Positions 22,147 through 33,976 of a stretch of 64,000 nucleotides of DNA are shown here, in pieces; position 1 is the stretch's first letter, and each line of letters begins with the position of its first letter. The position numbers and the translations under genes are program-made. The notes below the pieces were generated by a model. It saw only the letters and a program-made list of their open reading frames with translations, did not search any database and was not told the origin of the DNA. The DNA is from an uncultured Nitrososphaeraceae archaeon. GTDB lineage: Archaea > Thermoproteota > Nitrososphaeria > Nitrososphaerales > Nitrososphaeraceae. Location: assembly GCA_963825865.1 (NCBI GenBank), contig CAWGVG010000023.1, forward strand, positions 1 to 64,000. Direction: 5' to 3'.

Positions 22147-22416
22147 TATCTAAAGTATAATAAATCGAATTGATAAAGGTTATCGAAATTCCGAGTGTGA
22201 TCTTGAAGAGCATACTCTATAATGATATGTATGTGTGCTCAACGTCTGGTTTGAACAATGAAAGATTTTATAAACGGTATCCTATATTGTTGAATAATTT
22301 CAACGGATTATTTTTTTTCTAGAAGAAGAAATTTTTTTTGATAAATTTATCAGCATTTTTCATTAATAAATAAATAAACAAATAAGTATGAGATTAAAAA
22401 TATAGTTTTAATCCAT

Positions 22417-22584
22417 ATGTGTAAATGTCCAAAAGTTCACTTTTATGAAGTGGATTTTAAATTGGCAGGATTGCGGGTTGTACCGACACACAAGAACTGC
22501 GGAGAGTCATTAAATGAGGATCAGTCTTCAAAATTTGAAAAGGAGCTCATAAAATTTTGGAATTTTGAAGAAAAGAAAGAATAG
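22417..22584 (+). CDS. Small Cys/His protein, 55 aa (below ORF-track cutoff)
   Basis: MCKCPKVHFYEVDFKLAGLRVVPTHKNCGESL...FW. Confidence 0.7.
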   Translation: MCKCPKVHFYEVDFKLAGLRVVPTHKNCGESLNEDQSSKFEKELIKFWNFEEKKE

Positions 22585-22705
22585 TTTAGATTTTATTTTA
22601 GAGTTATTTATATATAAAATCCTAAGATCGTTTAAATTCGTCAGAGATTTTCTAAGTAATCATCAGTCAACTTTATTAGTATCTACAATAATAAATGTGG
22701 TCTAG

Positions 22706-22969
22706 GTGATTTTGATGACCAAAATGCTAACGGTGAACATGGATACGTCTGGTGTAGATTCAAACGAAGCACAAGAATGGGTTAATGAACTTGCAAATGT
22801 TTACGCAGATATGGAAATTAGTGATGTGAATGTCTCGGGGAATAAAATTACTTTCAAAGCAGGATACTCTGGAATGGAAGATACGGAACCTGATGACATC
22901 AAGATGAAGATTGAAGAATATCTAACAATGAACGAGGCATTCCAAGTGAAGGACCTCTCTGTCCGCTAG
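22706..22969 (+). CDS. Small acidic hypothetical protein of thaumarchaeal type
   Basis: Clean 87-aa ORF; EWVNELANVYADME, EYLTMNEAF. Confidence 0.8.
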   Translation: MILMTKMLTVNMDTSGVDSNEAQEWVNELANVYADMEISDVNVSGNKITFKAGYSGMEDTEPDDIKMKIEEYLTMNEAFQVKDLSVR

Positions 22970-23081
22970 GCAAGAGAGAAAAAATCTCCTTACTTTTCTT
23001 TAGATCCCTAGATAATAAGAATCATCATCTTTGTTACATATTTAAATAGAAAAATGACTATCAAAATTTGATTAAAAAAAT

Positions 23082-23321
23082 ATGACTTGTAAAGGTATAT
23101 GTATACGTCACAAGGCACAAAAGCCAGTCGGTTCTGGACGCTATGCTAGTGGACAGAAACGCTGCCAAATATGCGAGATATTCATAAAGTGGGATGGATT
23201 ATGGTGCCCATGCTGTGGATATAGATTAAGAACAAAACCGCGCAACTTAAAATATAAAGCTAAATTACGGGCAAAAGACAAAAAGTTACAATCAATTGAA
23301 GCAACTATAATAGTTCAGTAA
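23082..23321 (+). CDS. Small basic Cys-rich zinc-binding protein
   Basis: CKGIC, RYASGQKRCQIC, CPCCGYRLRTKPR; paralog at 58045. Confidence 0.85.
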   Translation: MTCKGICIRHKAQKPVGSGRYASGQKRCQICEIFIKWDGLWCPCCGYRLRTKPRNLKYKAKLRAKDKKLQSIEATIIVQ

Positions 23322-24193
23322 TTTTTCAAGGTATTTCTGCTCGCATTTAAGAGACACCGGTGCATCCTTTGTATTTGTTGTACATCATTGGTTAAATCCA
23401 TCGAAATCTGTATTAGTTTTATGTATTGGCCATAAAATCTTTCATTTTTAGCAAGTAAGCCTCTTCGTCCCATCTTGCCAATATAATAATAGCAATCCGA
23501 CATCATGCCCTTCTTTAGTAAATGTTTTATTTTCGTAAAAGTCAATTCTTTATCATATTCTTTTGAATTTAGTTCAGCTGTCCCTTCTAATGCTCTCGAT
23601 ATGGTAGATCTGCTAGCTCGTTCTAATCCTATGCACTCTAAAGCTACCTTAATTCCATCGCCAATATCTCGTCGCTCAATAACTATCTCTCTAATCTGGT
23701 TTAACTCATGAAGCGGCATTGGCCTTGAGCCTGATAATGCCAATACCCCTTCAAGAAAATCATAGGCAGATATTTTTAACCACATTGCCGATAGGACAGG
23801 TTGCTTTTGAAGAGTTTTGTTAATTCTTTCGTAATGAAAAAGGGATCTAATTATCGCTTTTTTTCCAAATGCAGTTAGTATTCTCCGATAAATCTGAGGA
23901 TTAATAGCTTCGATCATAGATGATAAAATGAATTGATCCTCGTTACGTAATAAAACCATATTTTGTAAGGCCAAGATATTTTGTTTCGGATCTATTGGTA
24001 GATTGATTAACTCTATCTCGTGCTTGCCTATTTTTAAAATTCTGCTATTGGTGAAATCTCCATCAAAGATTGCTAGATCATATTCGCAACAATCGAGCGA
24101 CATTTCTGGCTTAGTCGATCGACAACCAATAACCGCTACGGGATAGGGAATATTATAATTAGCGTAACTCTATAATATCTTCTGGAATTCCAT
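23315..24193 (-). CDS. Hypothetical protein with nucleotidyltransferase-like N-terminus (5' end affected by an indel)
   Basis: PVAVIGCRS...DCCEYDLAIF in frame with the 262-aa ORF. Confidence 0.65.
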
Positions 24194-24350
24194 ACAAGAA
24201 TAACTTTCAAAAAATACTTGTAGTGGGGATTTTAAAGATAAAGACTGTAAGAAAGTGTTTACAAACAACTTAAATAATTTAAAAATTATGAATCAGGTCA
24301 CATTTGGCATAAGTTTTATATGAAGATCATAATTCAGTCTGCTTGCTTTC

Positions 24351-24426
24351 GCTCCGGTGGTGTAGTCCGGTTAAGCATTTCGCCCTCTCAAGGCGACGAT
24401 CCCGGGTTCAAATCCCGGCCGGAGCA
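24351..24426 (+). tRNA. tRNA-Glu (anticodon CTC), intronless
   Basis: GCTCCGG/CCGGAGC acceptor stem, TCGCC-CTCTCAA-GGCGA anticodon arm, GGTTCAAATCC T arm. Confidence 0.97.
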
Positions 24427-24686
24427 TGTAGTATTGCTACAGGATTCGGTAGTCCGGTAAGATCTCTTCATATCTTCTGACCATGTAGCCAGATTAATAG
24501 GGGGACTATCATACTCGTCATTATCCTGCAGCTTACTGTCAACAAATCTAAAGGCCAATAAAAAGCCTTTTTCTCTAGTTCTCTGTAAAAATATTAAAAG
24601 GGGTTTTAGCAAGACATGACCACATAAATGTAAAAATTATAATAACAACTCTTAAATTATTGTTAATTATTGATATGAAATGATAC

Positions 24687-24874
24687 TCAAACTGTTGTTG
24701 AGATTCGAGTTGTCAAAGAATGACCGTTTTTAATATGTATAGAGTAATGGAGCCTGACCAATTCTGTGATATTTGGATCTTTGAAATATTTAGCATTGTA
24801 TCTTGCAAGGATTAACTTACAATCCTGACAATATATTTCCTTGAATGTCAACTGTGTCTTCTTTATAGACTCAC
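24687..24874 (-). CDS. Small CxxC/His metal-binding protein (not in ORF track)
   Basis: KEIYCQDCKLILARYNAKYF...HYSIHIKNGH; start region has an apparent indel. Confidence 0.65.
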
Positions 24875-24955
24875 TGTATATTTTAAACTACTTATTTTTT
24901 ATCATAGATGAATTTGCTTGGATACAATATATGGATACAACACGTAGCCGATTTC

Positions 24956-25562
24956 TTAGATTATGTTAATATCTGTTTTATTGTTCTCTGAAAACAGTGT
25001 TTTTGATACTTTATAATAGATTATTCCGCCTCTCCTTTCTATAACTGCTATGACCGCGTCCTTCCCCATTTTTCTTATTTGTTCAATAGCACCAGAAAAA
25101 TTATTAGCTTTAATATTAACCCCTTCGTTCATCCCAAATACAATATACTTCGACGGTTTTTTCTCAAATTCCCCTCTCTCATATACTCTAAAATCGACTC
25201 CAAAACCGAAGCCTTCTTTTGCTATATAACCTCTGCTTCTGAGGTCTCGATAAATTAGAAACCTTGTTAGGATATCTTTGTCATATTTTAATACGAGTTC
25301 TGTAAGCGAATCGAAATCAAGGTCATCTTTCTTGCTTTTCAATACGAGACGTTTAGTATGAATGAGGTACAAAGCTTCATAGGGTTTTAGAAGATATTCA
25401 GAATCTTCCTTTTCTCCAAATCCTTTATTCCTTAATTGATTCTTGAAATCTCGTTTCTGTAACAAGAATTTTCAAACCTTTGCCAGCCAAGACTGCTTCA
25501 ATTATATATTGAAAATCAACGTCGTCATAAGGAGGGGAAGAATGAGGAGATGATGATGACAT
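24956..25562 (-). CDS. endA: tRNA-intron endonuclease subunit, probably the structural (beta) subunit; indel near 25450
   Basis: LKPYEALYL, YRDLRSRGY, FGVDFRVY, IIYY; catalytic His position appears absent. Confidence 0.88.
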
Positions 25563-25618
25563 AACAATTAAATCAGAGCAAAAGACCTCATTTAAGCATT
25601 AAAAATTAGTGAAATTTA

Positions 25619-26140
25619 ATGAAGGGAGTTAATTATCGTGAGCATCGTGGCATGCCTTATGTAAGACGCGAGTATATAGCAGGTAAACCACAAATAAAAA
25701 TTGCAAGATTTTCTTCTGGACAAGCAAAGAATGATTATGATTACAAAATGGAATTGCTTGCAACCGCAAAGATTCAGTTAAGACATAATGCGCTGGAATC
25801 CGCACGATTGGCCGCTAACAAGACAATGGCAAAGGCAGGAGAGATGAGCTTTTTTTCGACCCTTAAAGTGTTTCCACATGTTATTCTGAGAGAAAATAAA
25901 ATGATTGCAACAGCAGGTGCAGACCGTTTACAGGAAGGGATGAAGAAGAGCATTCGGCAAGGCAACAGGATTAGTTGAAGAATTCACCCTGGACAGGTGA
26001 TTTTCCAGGCCTATTGCACAACTGCTAACTTGAGCCTGGCAAAGGACGGATTCAAAGTAGCTTCTAGCAAATTGGGCTGTCCTACTACCATACGAATTAC
26101 TCCACTAAAAAAGCAAATATTCGAAGCAGATGGTGATTAA
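25619..26140 (+). CDS. rpl10e: 50S ribosomal protein L10e/uL16 (frameshift near 25950)
   Basis: YVRREYI, QLRHNALESAR, FPHVILRENK, AGADRLQEGM. Confidence 0.96.
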
Positions 26141-26646
26141 TTCACTTTGTTATGCTTTTAGACATAAATTTATGATATTCTCTTTGCTGCACATATCTCT
26201 AATGTTTTTCAGTCAAATACTCTGGAAGATTAAGATTGTTATTTATCGTTATATTATATATATATGTCTATTTCTGATCCGAATTGGCCATCGATACGAA
26301 GGAAAGGAAAATTTATCTGTTATAAATAGCAAGTCCCTGTTGTAGTACCTCAAACTACAACTATTTTTTAACGACACCTGCACTTTTCGCTAAATCTGTT
26401 CCAAATTCCTTTAATTCCTCCTCTTCTATACAAAGACCAAATTCTGGATCCATAAAATAAATAACTTTTTTCAACCAAAACATTTAAGCGGAACATTTTA
26501 TTAACATCTTTAAGTTTCATATAACTCGTTTTGGAAATGAATCTATTAGACACAGTGAGTATCTTACTGATTATTTATTAACTTTGATTATTGCAGGCAT
26601 AAAGTTTATTCTGTCATTTTACAAACCATAGTGGTCGAAATATAAG

Positions 26647-27840
26647 ATGCTGCGAGTTATTTCAGAATTGAGTGATTCAGAGTTTTATGGTAAAAGAGTA
26701 TTGGTCAGAGTTGATTTTAACGTGAGTTTAGATAATGGTTCGGTTAGCGAAGATTATAGAATTCGAATGACTCTTCCAACCATCGAATATTTAATCAAAC
26801 GCAAGTCCAAAGTAATATTGGCATCGCATCTTGGTAGACCAATGGGTCATCAATCTCTTTATTCGTTGGAACCAGTAGCCAAGAGATTATCCGATATAAT
26901 TGAAAAATCCAAAGTTAGATTCATTAACTGTTGCGTAGGAGAAATTGTTAATAAAGAAATAGAAAAGATGAATAAAGGTCAGATTTTAATACTCGAAAAT
27001 CTACGTTTCCACAAGGAAGAAGAAACAAATGATTTAGAATTTTCTAAAGAGCTTGCATCATTAGCTGACATATATGTAAATGATGCCTTTAGCACGTCAC
27101 ACCGAAAACATGCTTCTACGTATGGTGCAGCAAAATTATTTGATATAAAATTAGCAGGATTCAACCTTAACAAGGAGGTTGAATATCTCTCCATGATAAA
27201 GGAAAATCCAGTCAAACCGTTTACACTCTTGATTGGCGGTGTAAAAATTAAAGACAAAATAGGCGCACTAGAAAATTTACTTCCTAAAGCGCATAGAGTA
27301 CTGGTAGGAGGGGCTGCTGCATATACATTCCTGAAAGCAAAAGGTATGAAGACTGGTAATTCTTTAATTGATTTTGACCATCTGCCTTGGGTAACGAAGG
27401 CACTCTCATCGTTTGGTGATAAAATAATGCTTCCCAGTGATCATGTAATATCTTCTTCTCCAAAGAATTGTTCTGCTAGCATGGTGAAAGGCGATATTCC
27501 CGATCATATGACGGGATTTGATATTGGCAACGAAACAATCCAACGTTATTCTGCTGAGGTCGGTGGGAAGGGAACTGGGACAGTATTTTGGAATGGACCG
27601 ATGGGATTATTTGAAATCGGACTTTTTGCAAATGGAACGATTAATATTGCAAAGAGTATGGCATTGGCTTTCTGGCGAGGTTCAAAAACACTGATAGGTG
27701 GCGGAGATACTCTAGAAGCAATGAAGAGAGCCGGTGTTTCAGAAAGTGAAGTTAGCCATGTTTCTACTGGTGGCGGTGCGACTCTGAGATTTCTTGCCGG
27801 AGACGAGATGCCTGGTATTATTGCCCTCAATGAAAAATAA
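26647..27840 (+). CDS. pgk: Phosphoglycerate kinase
   Basis: RVDFNV, SHLGRP, LENLRF, NDAFSTSHRKHAS, WNGPMG, HVSTGGGA. Confidence 0.98.
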   Translation: MLRVISELSDSEFYGKRVLVRVDFNVSLDNGSVSEDYRIRMTLPTIEYLIKRKSKVILASHLGRPMGHQSLYSLEPVAKRLSDIIEKSKVRFINCCVGEIVNKEIEKMNKGQILILENLRFHKEEETNDLEFSKELASLADIYVNDAFSTSHRKHASTYGAAKLFDIKLAGFNLNKEVEYLSMIKENPVKPFTLLIGGVKIKDKIGALENLLPKAHRVLVGGAAAYTFLKAKGMKTGNSLIDFDHLPWVTKALSSFGDKIMLPSDHVISSSPKNCSASMVKGDIPDHMTGFDIGNETIQRYSAEVGGKGTGTVFWNGPMGLFEIGLFANGTINIAKSMALAFWRGSKTLIGGGDTLEAMKRAGVSESEVSHVSTGGGATLRFLAGDEMPGIIALNEK

Positions 27841-27902
27841 ATAATAACATAAAAAATTTTAATCTATCTTCTTTGAAAAGCAGGGATATATATATAACTA
27901 AA

Positions 27903-29538
27903 CTATATGAGATTAATCTTAACTGCCATTATATATGAAATGGCATCATTTTCTGCACCTATCATCAACATGTAATCTCCCGGCTTTAAATCTACAGATG
28001 GTGTGAAGATAAACGAAACCTGCTTTGGCTTTCCAGGCAGCAATTGAAAATGATTCTTCACTGAAGGATCCTGTAGAATTTCCAAGGCCTCCAGTGGGCG
28101 TGAAAGTTCCTGATGCTGTCATATTGACATTTTCATTAGAAGGTGCGTTTATAGTGACTTTTATTTCTGCGCTTTCTCCTTTCTTGATAGTTAGCTCCTT
28201 GATAGGCGTAGAAACTGAAAAGGGTAAATGTTTTTGTGTATCGACTCTGCCGATTCTGTCTTCTGACCATTCTGTAAACCAAACCTGATTATTTTGCCCA
28301 ACTGAAAATTGTAGCACATTTCCGATCCCACATGTCTGGCTACCAGGATTACAGAGACCAAATAACTTGTTCTGTGTTGGAATCCAATATTCAACCAATG
28401 TCATATTGGCAGGATTAAACCTGCCGATTTTGTTACCTGTATGCTCGTTGAACCATAATGAACCGTCGGTACCTTTTTCGATCCAATACGGCAGAGTATA
28501 TGCTCCTTCTGGAGTCTTATTACTACCAAAAATCCTGGGTGAAGCTTTTGAAGTAGCAAACTTAGTAATTTTACCTGTAGAAGAATCTAGTCTATAAAAT
28601 ATACTGGTACCATGATTTGTAACCCATGAGTTGCCTGAATCATCTATGGCAATACCAACAGGTGATGTCAACTCTTCAGGCATATCAAAAATTTTGAATC
28701 CTTTTGTATTTATATCATACCTCAAAATTTGACCTTTCTTTTGAAACGCAAGCATAGAAATCCATACTGCATTTCTCTTGTTATCGACCGCAACTGAGCC
28801 AGGACTTATGAGACTTTGATTCATTCCTGCAAATCTACCTGTGGGCATAGGGATCCCAGAAATACCTTCTGAGGTACCATTCTTCATTTTTGTTACATTT
28901 CCAAACCACAGTGAAGTTGAACGTATGCCTACAAAGTAGATGTTTCCTTTAGAATCAAAGTCTAGGGATACAGGATAAGTTGTACCAAAAATATCGGACT
29001 TTACTGGAACCTTGTACATTTCAAAAATCTGTGAAGATTTGTTATATCTCCAAATCGCATTTTGTTTTTCATCAGTAAACCAAACGCTACCTCTTCCATC
29101 AACCTTAACAGACCATACCTGAGAGAAATCAATCGGGTTTAGACGTGATTTCCAAACTGGGATAGGAATTTCCTTATTAAATTTATTTTGTTCTGTAGTG
29201 TACACCCCAAGAGTGCCATTTTTTGTTGATATGTACCATAAATTATCATTATCAACTGCTATACCCAATGGCATTTCACAAGGTTTAGGAAGTTTATATT
29301 CAGTGATAAATTCATTTGAGTTAGGTTTTGCATCAAGACCACAAAATACCATTTGAAACCTTTCAATAGGAGCTTTCTTAGAATCTTCAACAGGATTACT
29401 CGATAGAGGACTGTTATTATTATTATTATTTCGAAACAATACAATGGATATTGTTGCGACAGCAATTAAGCCAATCGCGGTATAAACTTTGATTTTTTTA
29501 GAGAAGCCAGATTTAGATGTTTCCTTTTTACCAGCCAA
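27903..29538 (-). CDS. Membrane-anchored Vgb (virginiamycin B lyase-like) beta-propeller protein; frameshift near the C-terminus
   Basis: N-terminal TM helix; repeated P.GIA.D / G.VWFTE / NKIGRF blades; C-terminus continues in ORF 27903-28085. Confidence 0.85.
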
Positions 29539-29603
29539 TAGACCAACAAGAGATCCTCAATCTTATATATCTCTTGTTTATTAAAAAGTTGACATAGAAA
29601 AAA

Positions 29604-29619
29604 GACATGTCGACATGTC
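29604..29619. promoter_or_regulatory. Perfect 16-bp palindrome upstream of the Vgb-like gene
   Basis: GACATGTCGACATGTC. Confidence 0.45.
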
Positions 29620-29998
29620 AATCCATCTTTGCTGTCAACATTAGCCATCTAATTTCTGGTATTTCATTAATTTCAGTTCCGTAGACACCGTATGGAAACG
29701 CAGACAAAGAATGCAGTTACTACTCCGTCTTGTTTTTATGGATTAGCCCAAACTGATGCTTGATGATCCTACTCTAACAAATGCAAAATTTTATTTACGA
29801 CAATCTATCTCCAATGTTTTGGAGAAAACCTAAACTGTCTCCAGAAAACAGCTTGTTTGTATAACATAGTGTCTTCAAAGACAAGTAGTTGAGTCTTTCT
29901 ACTATTGCTTTTGCATTGTGAGATTTAATAGTGTCGTCGATTTAGACTACAGCTATATCAGCAAGCACCAATACACCCTATTAATTTTAAACGGAAAT

Positions 29999-31726
29999 TT
30001 ACCAATATCTTGCCTTAATCTTTTCAATTACTTGCTCATGCTCTGGAGTCCTACGCCTTGCATACCTCTCCATTGAAGTGAGCGGAACACCACCAAGGGC
30101 TCTAGCAAGAGCAGCAAAGAACAGATTCTTTATTCGGTTATTGCGACCCACTTTATGCATGAATTTTTGGATTCCATACTTAAAGTTATGCTGCCATGTT
30201 TTGTACATAACACCCAATTTTGCTGGATCCATGGTGTTCTCGATATCAAAAAACTCTGATTTTTCAAGTAATCCTATTGGTACAAAGGTTAGTGGAGTTA
30301 CAGTGAATTTTGAATCTGGTTGTTCTGTTTCCAGTTCGTGAATAAGCCTTATTGTTTCCCAGCTATCCTCTGGAGTCTCATCGTTATTCAGACCCATGAT
30401 TAGAGTGAACGCAGGTACCCAGTAATGTTCATTGAGAGTTTTTACTGCTGACTTTACGACCCAATGCCATTCTGTGGGTTTGTATGGTGCTAATTTTCTG
30501 TCTGCATATTTTCCAATCAATCTGATACTGCCTGTTTCAAATCCGCATTGTATACCGATGAGATTATCTGGAGATGCTTTTATAATTTTAGACATATTTG
30601 GAACTAGCCTTTCATCAGCGATCGCTCCAGCAAGAGTTCCGTGCGTTGGATTGGTATGTTCAATACCTGTATCCATAATACCTTTGAAGAGCTCTTCAAG
30701 AGCTTCTCGGTTTGGCTGCATGTTCTTAGTTGTTCTCGGATTCATACCATAGACAAAAATATCATCACTGTGAATCCAAGCATTCTTCAATCCACCATAT
30801 TTCATGTTAATTTCAATTTCCTTTTGAACTTTCTCCACAGGATAATATCTTAATGGTCTAAGGGTAACATCACAGAATTTGCATCCACGTCCACATCCAC
30901 GCATGACCTCACTCATACCATGCATACTGGGGTTAACAATATTTGGAATTTCTTCAACCGAAGGTTCATCCCAACAATGAATGAATCTACCATGATAATT
31001 TCTACCATTTCTTGGGAATTCTTTAACCTCCACTTTGAACATACTATTCTTCCTGAATGGGTTTGCTGTTTCCATCTCCCCGTTAATGAGAGCATCAAAG
31101 AATCTTCCACCTGCGCCGTCTATTTCTGGGCCAATACCACCAAGTTCTCCTTCTACAATACCATACAGGTCATATTCCTCAATTTTTGCAGGATCATAAT
31201 TATATTGCCAAGTTCCAGAGGCACCGGCAATTACTTTGGCCTTGCTTCCATTTCTTACTTTGGCAGCATTAATCCTATAATGCAAATCCCTATTGTAAAA
31301 TTCATCATATGACATTTGCTTGCGGCCGTAAGTAAAAGTCATAGTTACTGGACCCATACCGAGCGGATCCATCTCATAAGTTCCGACGGCTAAAGTTTCT
31401 GGGCCAATAAATTGTTCAATGTAATCTGGATGGGCTACTGCGACATCCTTTCTCTCATAACCATCTCGCAACAAAGCTGCTTCAACTTTCCTTAGACCAT
31501 AGGGAGCATAATTGGCATAACCATTTGTATGCTCAATCGGATTGCAGATAAAGTCGAAGAGAACCTTAGGAGTAACTTGATTACCTAAAAAACGATACCA
31601 CAACGAAGTGTGGCTTCTGTTTAGGTCAAGGGCTGGTGCGCAACCAAAAAATGATGCCAGAGAGACTCCTCTATACGGGGACATCAAAGTACGGTCTGCA
31701 GTAAGGACAATCTTTGGATATTTCAT
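29999..31726 (-). CDS. B12-binding radical SAM protein, GDGT ring synthase (Grs)-like family
   Basis: IVLTADRTLMS, APYGLRKVEA, MDPLG, EVMRGCGRGCKFC, GFETGS. Confidence 0.85.
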   Translation of the reverse strand: MKYPKIVLTADRTLMSPYRGVSLASFFGCAPALDLNRSHTSLWYRFLGNQVTPKVLFDFICNPIEHTNGYANYAPYGLRKVEAALLRDGYERKDVAVAHPDYIEQFIGPETLAVGTYEMDPLGMGPVTMTFTYGRKQMSYDEFYNRDLHYRINAAKVRNGSKAKVIAGASGTWQYNYDPAKIEEYDLYGIVEGELGGIGPEIDGAGGRFFDALINGEMETANPFRKNSMFKVEVKEFPRNGRNYHGRFIHCWDEPSVEEIPNIVNPSMHGMSEVMRGCGRGCKFCDVTLRPLRYYPVEKVQKEIEINMKYGGLKNAWIHSDDIFVYGMNPRTTKNMQPNREALEELFKGIMDTGIEHTNPTHGTLAGAIADERLVPNMSKIIKASPDNLIGIQCGFETGSIRLIGKYADRKLAPYKPTEWHWVVKSAVKTLNEHYWVPAFTLIMGLNNDETPEDSWETIRLIHELETEQPDSKFTVTPLTFVPIGLLEKSEFFDIENTMDPAKLGVMYKTWQHNFKYGIQKFMHKVGRNNRIKNLFFAALARALGGVPLTSMERYARRRTPEHEQVIEKIKARYW

Positions 31727-32063
31727 AAACTACTAAATCCCTAGTCAGTACCCAATAAATATGGATGGATTTTAAGCTTTCCTATTGATAGCAGTTGTTA
31801 GTTCATCAAAATAGATTACCTTAGGTACGTTATCGGACATAGGGATCGATGGTATGCATGCTTGTTATATTCTTGACGGTTAATTATATGTGATATATGG
31901 GCTAAAACCAAATAGCCGTATTTTTTATGACTTTAAGGTTACCGGAGGCTCTATGCGGAAGCATATTTTATAGCCTTTGATAATTTATGGAATAGAATAC
32001 CAATAATGCCAAAGGAGAGAAGGATGGCAACAGAGGTTTAGCGTTTCCTGAAAATCTAAAAAA

Positions 32064-32231
32064 TCATTTTTTGGCACCCAACGTTCTGTTCTTCAGCCTT
32101 AGCTGTCTACTGTGGCATTTTCTACACCTTACTGATGAGAAAGGATTCTTTCCACCGCATCTAAAGCAGATTTTAAAGAACAATCTACGTTGTTGAGCGA
32201 TTTGTTTCTTCACAGCATCCGTAATCGGCAT
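32064..32231 (-). CDS. rpl40e: 50S ribosomal protein L40e (55 aa; not in ORF track)
   Basis: MPITDAVKKQIAQQRRLFFKICFRCGGKNPFSSVRCRKCHSRQLRLKNRTLGAKK. Confidence 0.95.
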   Translation of the reverse strand: MPITDAVKKQIAQQRRLFFKICFRCGGKNPFSSVRCRKCHSRQLRLKNRTLGAKK

Positions 32232-32765
32232 ATGTATTTCATAATGTTTAACACAAGGTAGATTTCTACCTTTCTATTTTGTAAATTCTGATCCATAAAA
32301 TAGGGTTTTTAAATAAAGATTGTTAGTTTACTTCATATGTTGATAACAAGATTTTTGACTTTATTTATCTATTATGAAAACCTCACAAACGTCTTTTCTA
32401 GGTAATGGCAAAAGGAGGAAAAATGAAGTAGTTGCTATTACTATATCATAGACAGAATCAAAAAATCCCTTCTTCAAAACAACGATGAAAATTCCTTTTC
32501 AGGCAATTTATATCAAAGGATAGATCACCTTAACAAAAGATATTGAACTATGTATTCCAGACCTTTAACTGCATATATATTGCAATTGAAATTAGCTAAC
32601 AAACAACAATATAGTATGAATGACGACGACAACTGCAACAATATGTGTACCAATTTGTTAAAATAACATTCCTCTTATTCTGTACACTGCTATGATAATT
32701 TAACTATTATAACGTGTTTATACAGACCGATCTTTGCAGTATCTATAGATAGTTTTTAATACATT

Positions 32766-33189
32766 TCATTCCACTACTACTGTTTTCGATATTCTATCTA
32801 ACGCATCTTCTGTTCCTTCAGAAATGTGTTTTTTTATCACCCCTGCGAACACACCGAAAAAGCCTACAAATTTGATATTCCATTCTACGTCTACTCTAGT
32901 TTTATTGTTTCCAATAGCATTAATTGTAATATTTTTTTGTACCTTTCATCGGTCCACCTGTTATTTTAATGTTAATTGATTTTTTTGGATCTATGGTCAC
33001 TACCTCTTTGCATATAGAATTTCTAAAAGCAATTACCACCTCTCTTTCGATTATGTTTCCTTTCTTGTTACTATTTTTGATCGATTTAATGCCATGCCAG
33101 AATTCAGGCTCTCTATCCATATCGGCTACAATATTCCATACTCTATCCATAGATGCCGCTATGTTCCTGCTGACACGAATAACAACCAC
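32766..33189 (-). CDS. SRPBCC/START-like (polyketide cyclase) protein, frameshifted
   Basis: IAASMDRVWNIVAD..PEFW, GPMKG, continuation TRVDVEW...GTEDALDRI. Confidence 0.8.
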
Positions 33190-33667
33190 GTCTATCTTTT
33201 TAAGGTATATTTACGACTATTTGTACATATCTTATTATTCTAAAACATTACTATTTGATCTAATATGATCGAATAAATTTTTGGAAATAAGAGATTATGC
33301 CTATAACTTGGCAATTTATTTTGTCGTAACCAAAATACTTTTCCTACTGCTCATGCTTCATTTTGCTTTATTTTGTTGTCCCGATTGAGTCACATCTTTT
33401 GTTTTTAGTATAAATGCTGTCCACTCCTGATCATATTCTGCATTTTGAATGGCACATGTATCAGGTAACTAGAATATAGAATCTATAATATCTCGCTTTA
33501 TTCATACATGTCATATATCATATATCCACCTTATCCATCACGGATATATCAGCACAAGTCAAGTCAACACAAAGAAATTCATGACCGGTCCATATAATCT
33601 AATGTCACCAAGTCACATAACATAGATAAATGTTAAAAAAGAGGGACTAATACCAACTGTGACCATT

Positions 33668-33976
33668 TTACTTGATTTGCATAAAATGTTTCTCTACTTC
33701 ATCCAATCTTTCTATGGAACCATCATTCTTTCGAAGACTGGAAAAAGATGAGTCACTTCGAATTTTTTGTAAAAACGAGAGTACTTCTGCAATTGTTACT
33801 CCATGCTTAATGTCATAGTTTATTTGCTTGCAAACATTCGTTATCATACCATAGCGTTTATGCTGTCTTTTCTCCCATCCCGAAGCATTAGCTGATAATC
33901 CTGTTAGAAACTTTACTACTGTTTTTTCCATGTGTCGAATATGCCATTCTCTCATCGGAAAATTATTCTGTATCAA
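33668..33976 (-). CDS. Hypothetical protein of thaumarchaeal type
   Basis: FPMREWHIRHMEK, QINYDIKHGVT. Confidence 0.75.
   Translation of the reverse strand: MIQNNFPMREWHIRHMEKTVVKFLTGLSANASGWEKRQHKRYGMITNVCKQINYDIKHGVTIAEVLSFLQKIRSDSSFSSLRKNDGSIERLDEVEKHFMQIK

Noticed and set aside
24448-24461. GGTAGTCCGGTAAG echo of the tRNA D-arm just downstream of tRNA-Glu
   Set aside because: Short, imperfect and from the 5' half, so not the usual att pattern; no integrase nearby
24388-24612. 74-aa minus-strand ORF
   Set aside because: Overlaps tRNA-Glu in antisense and has no protein features
27903-29538. Vgb-like gene as streptogramin resistance
   Set aside because: Only the propeller fold is supported; the membrane anchor and extra domains argue against assigning antibiotic lyase activity
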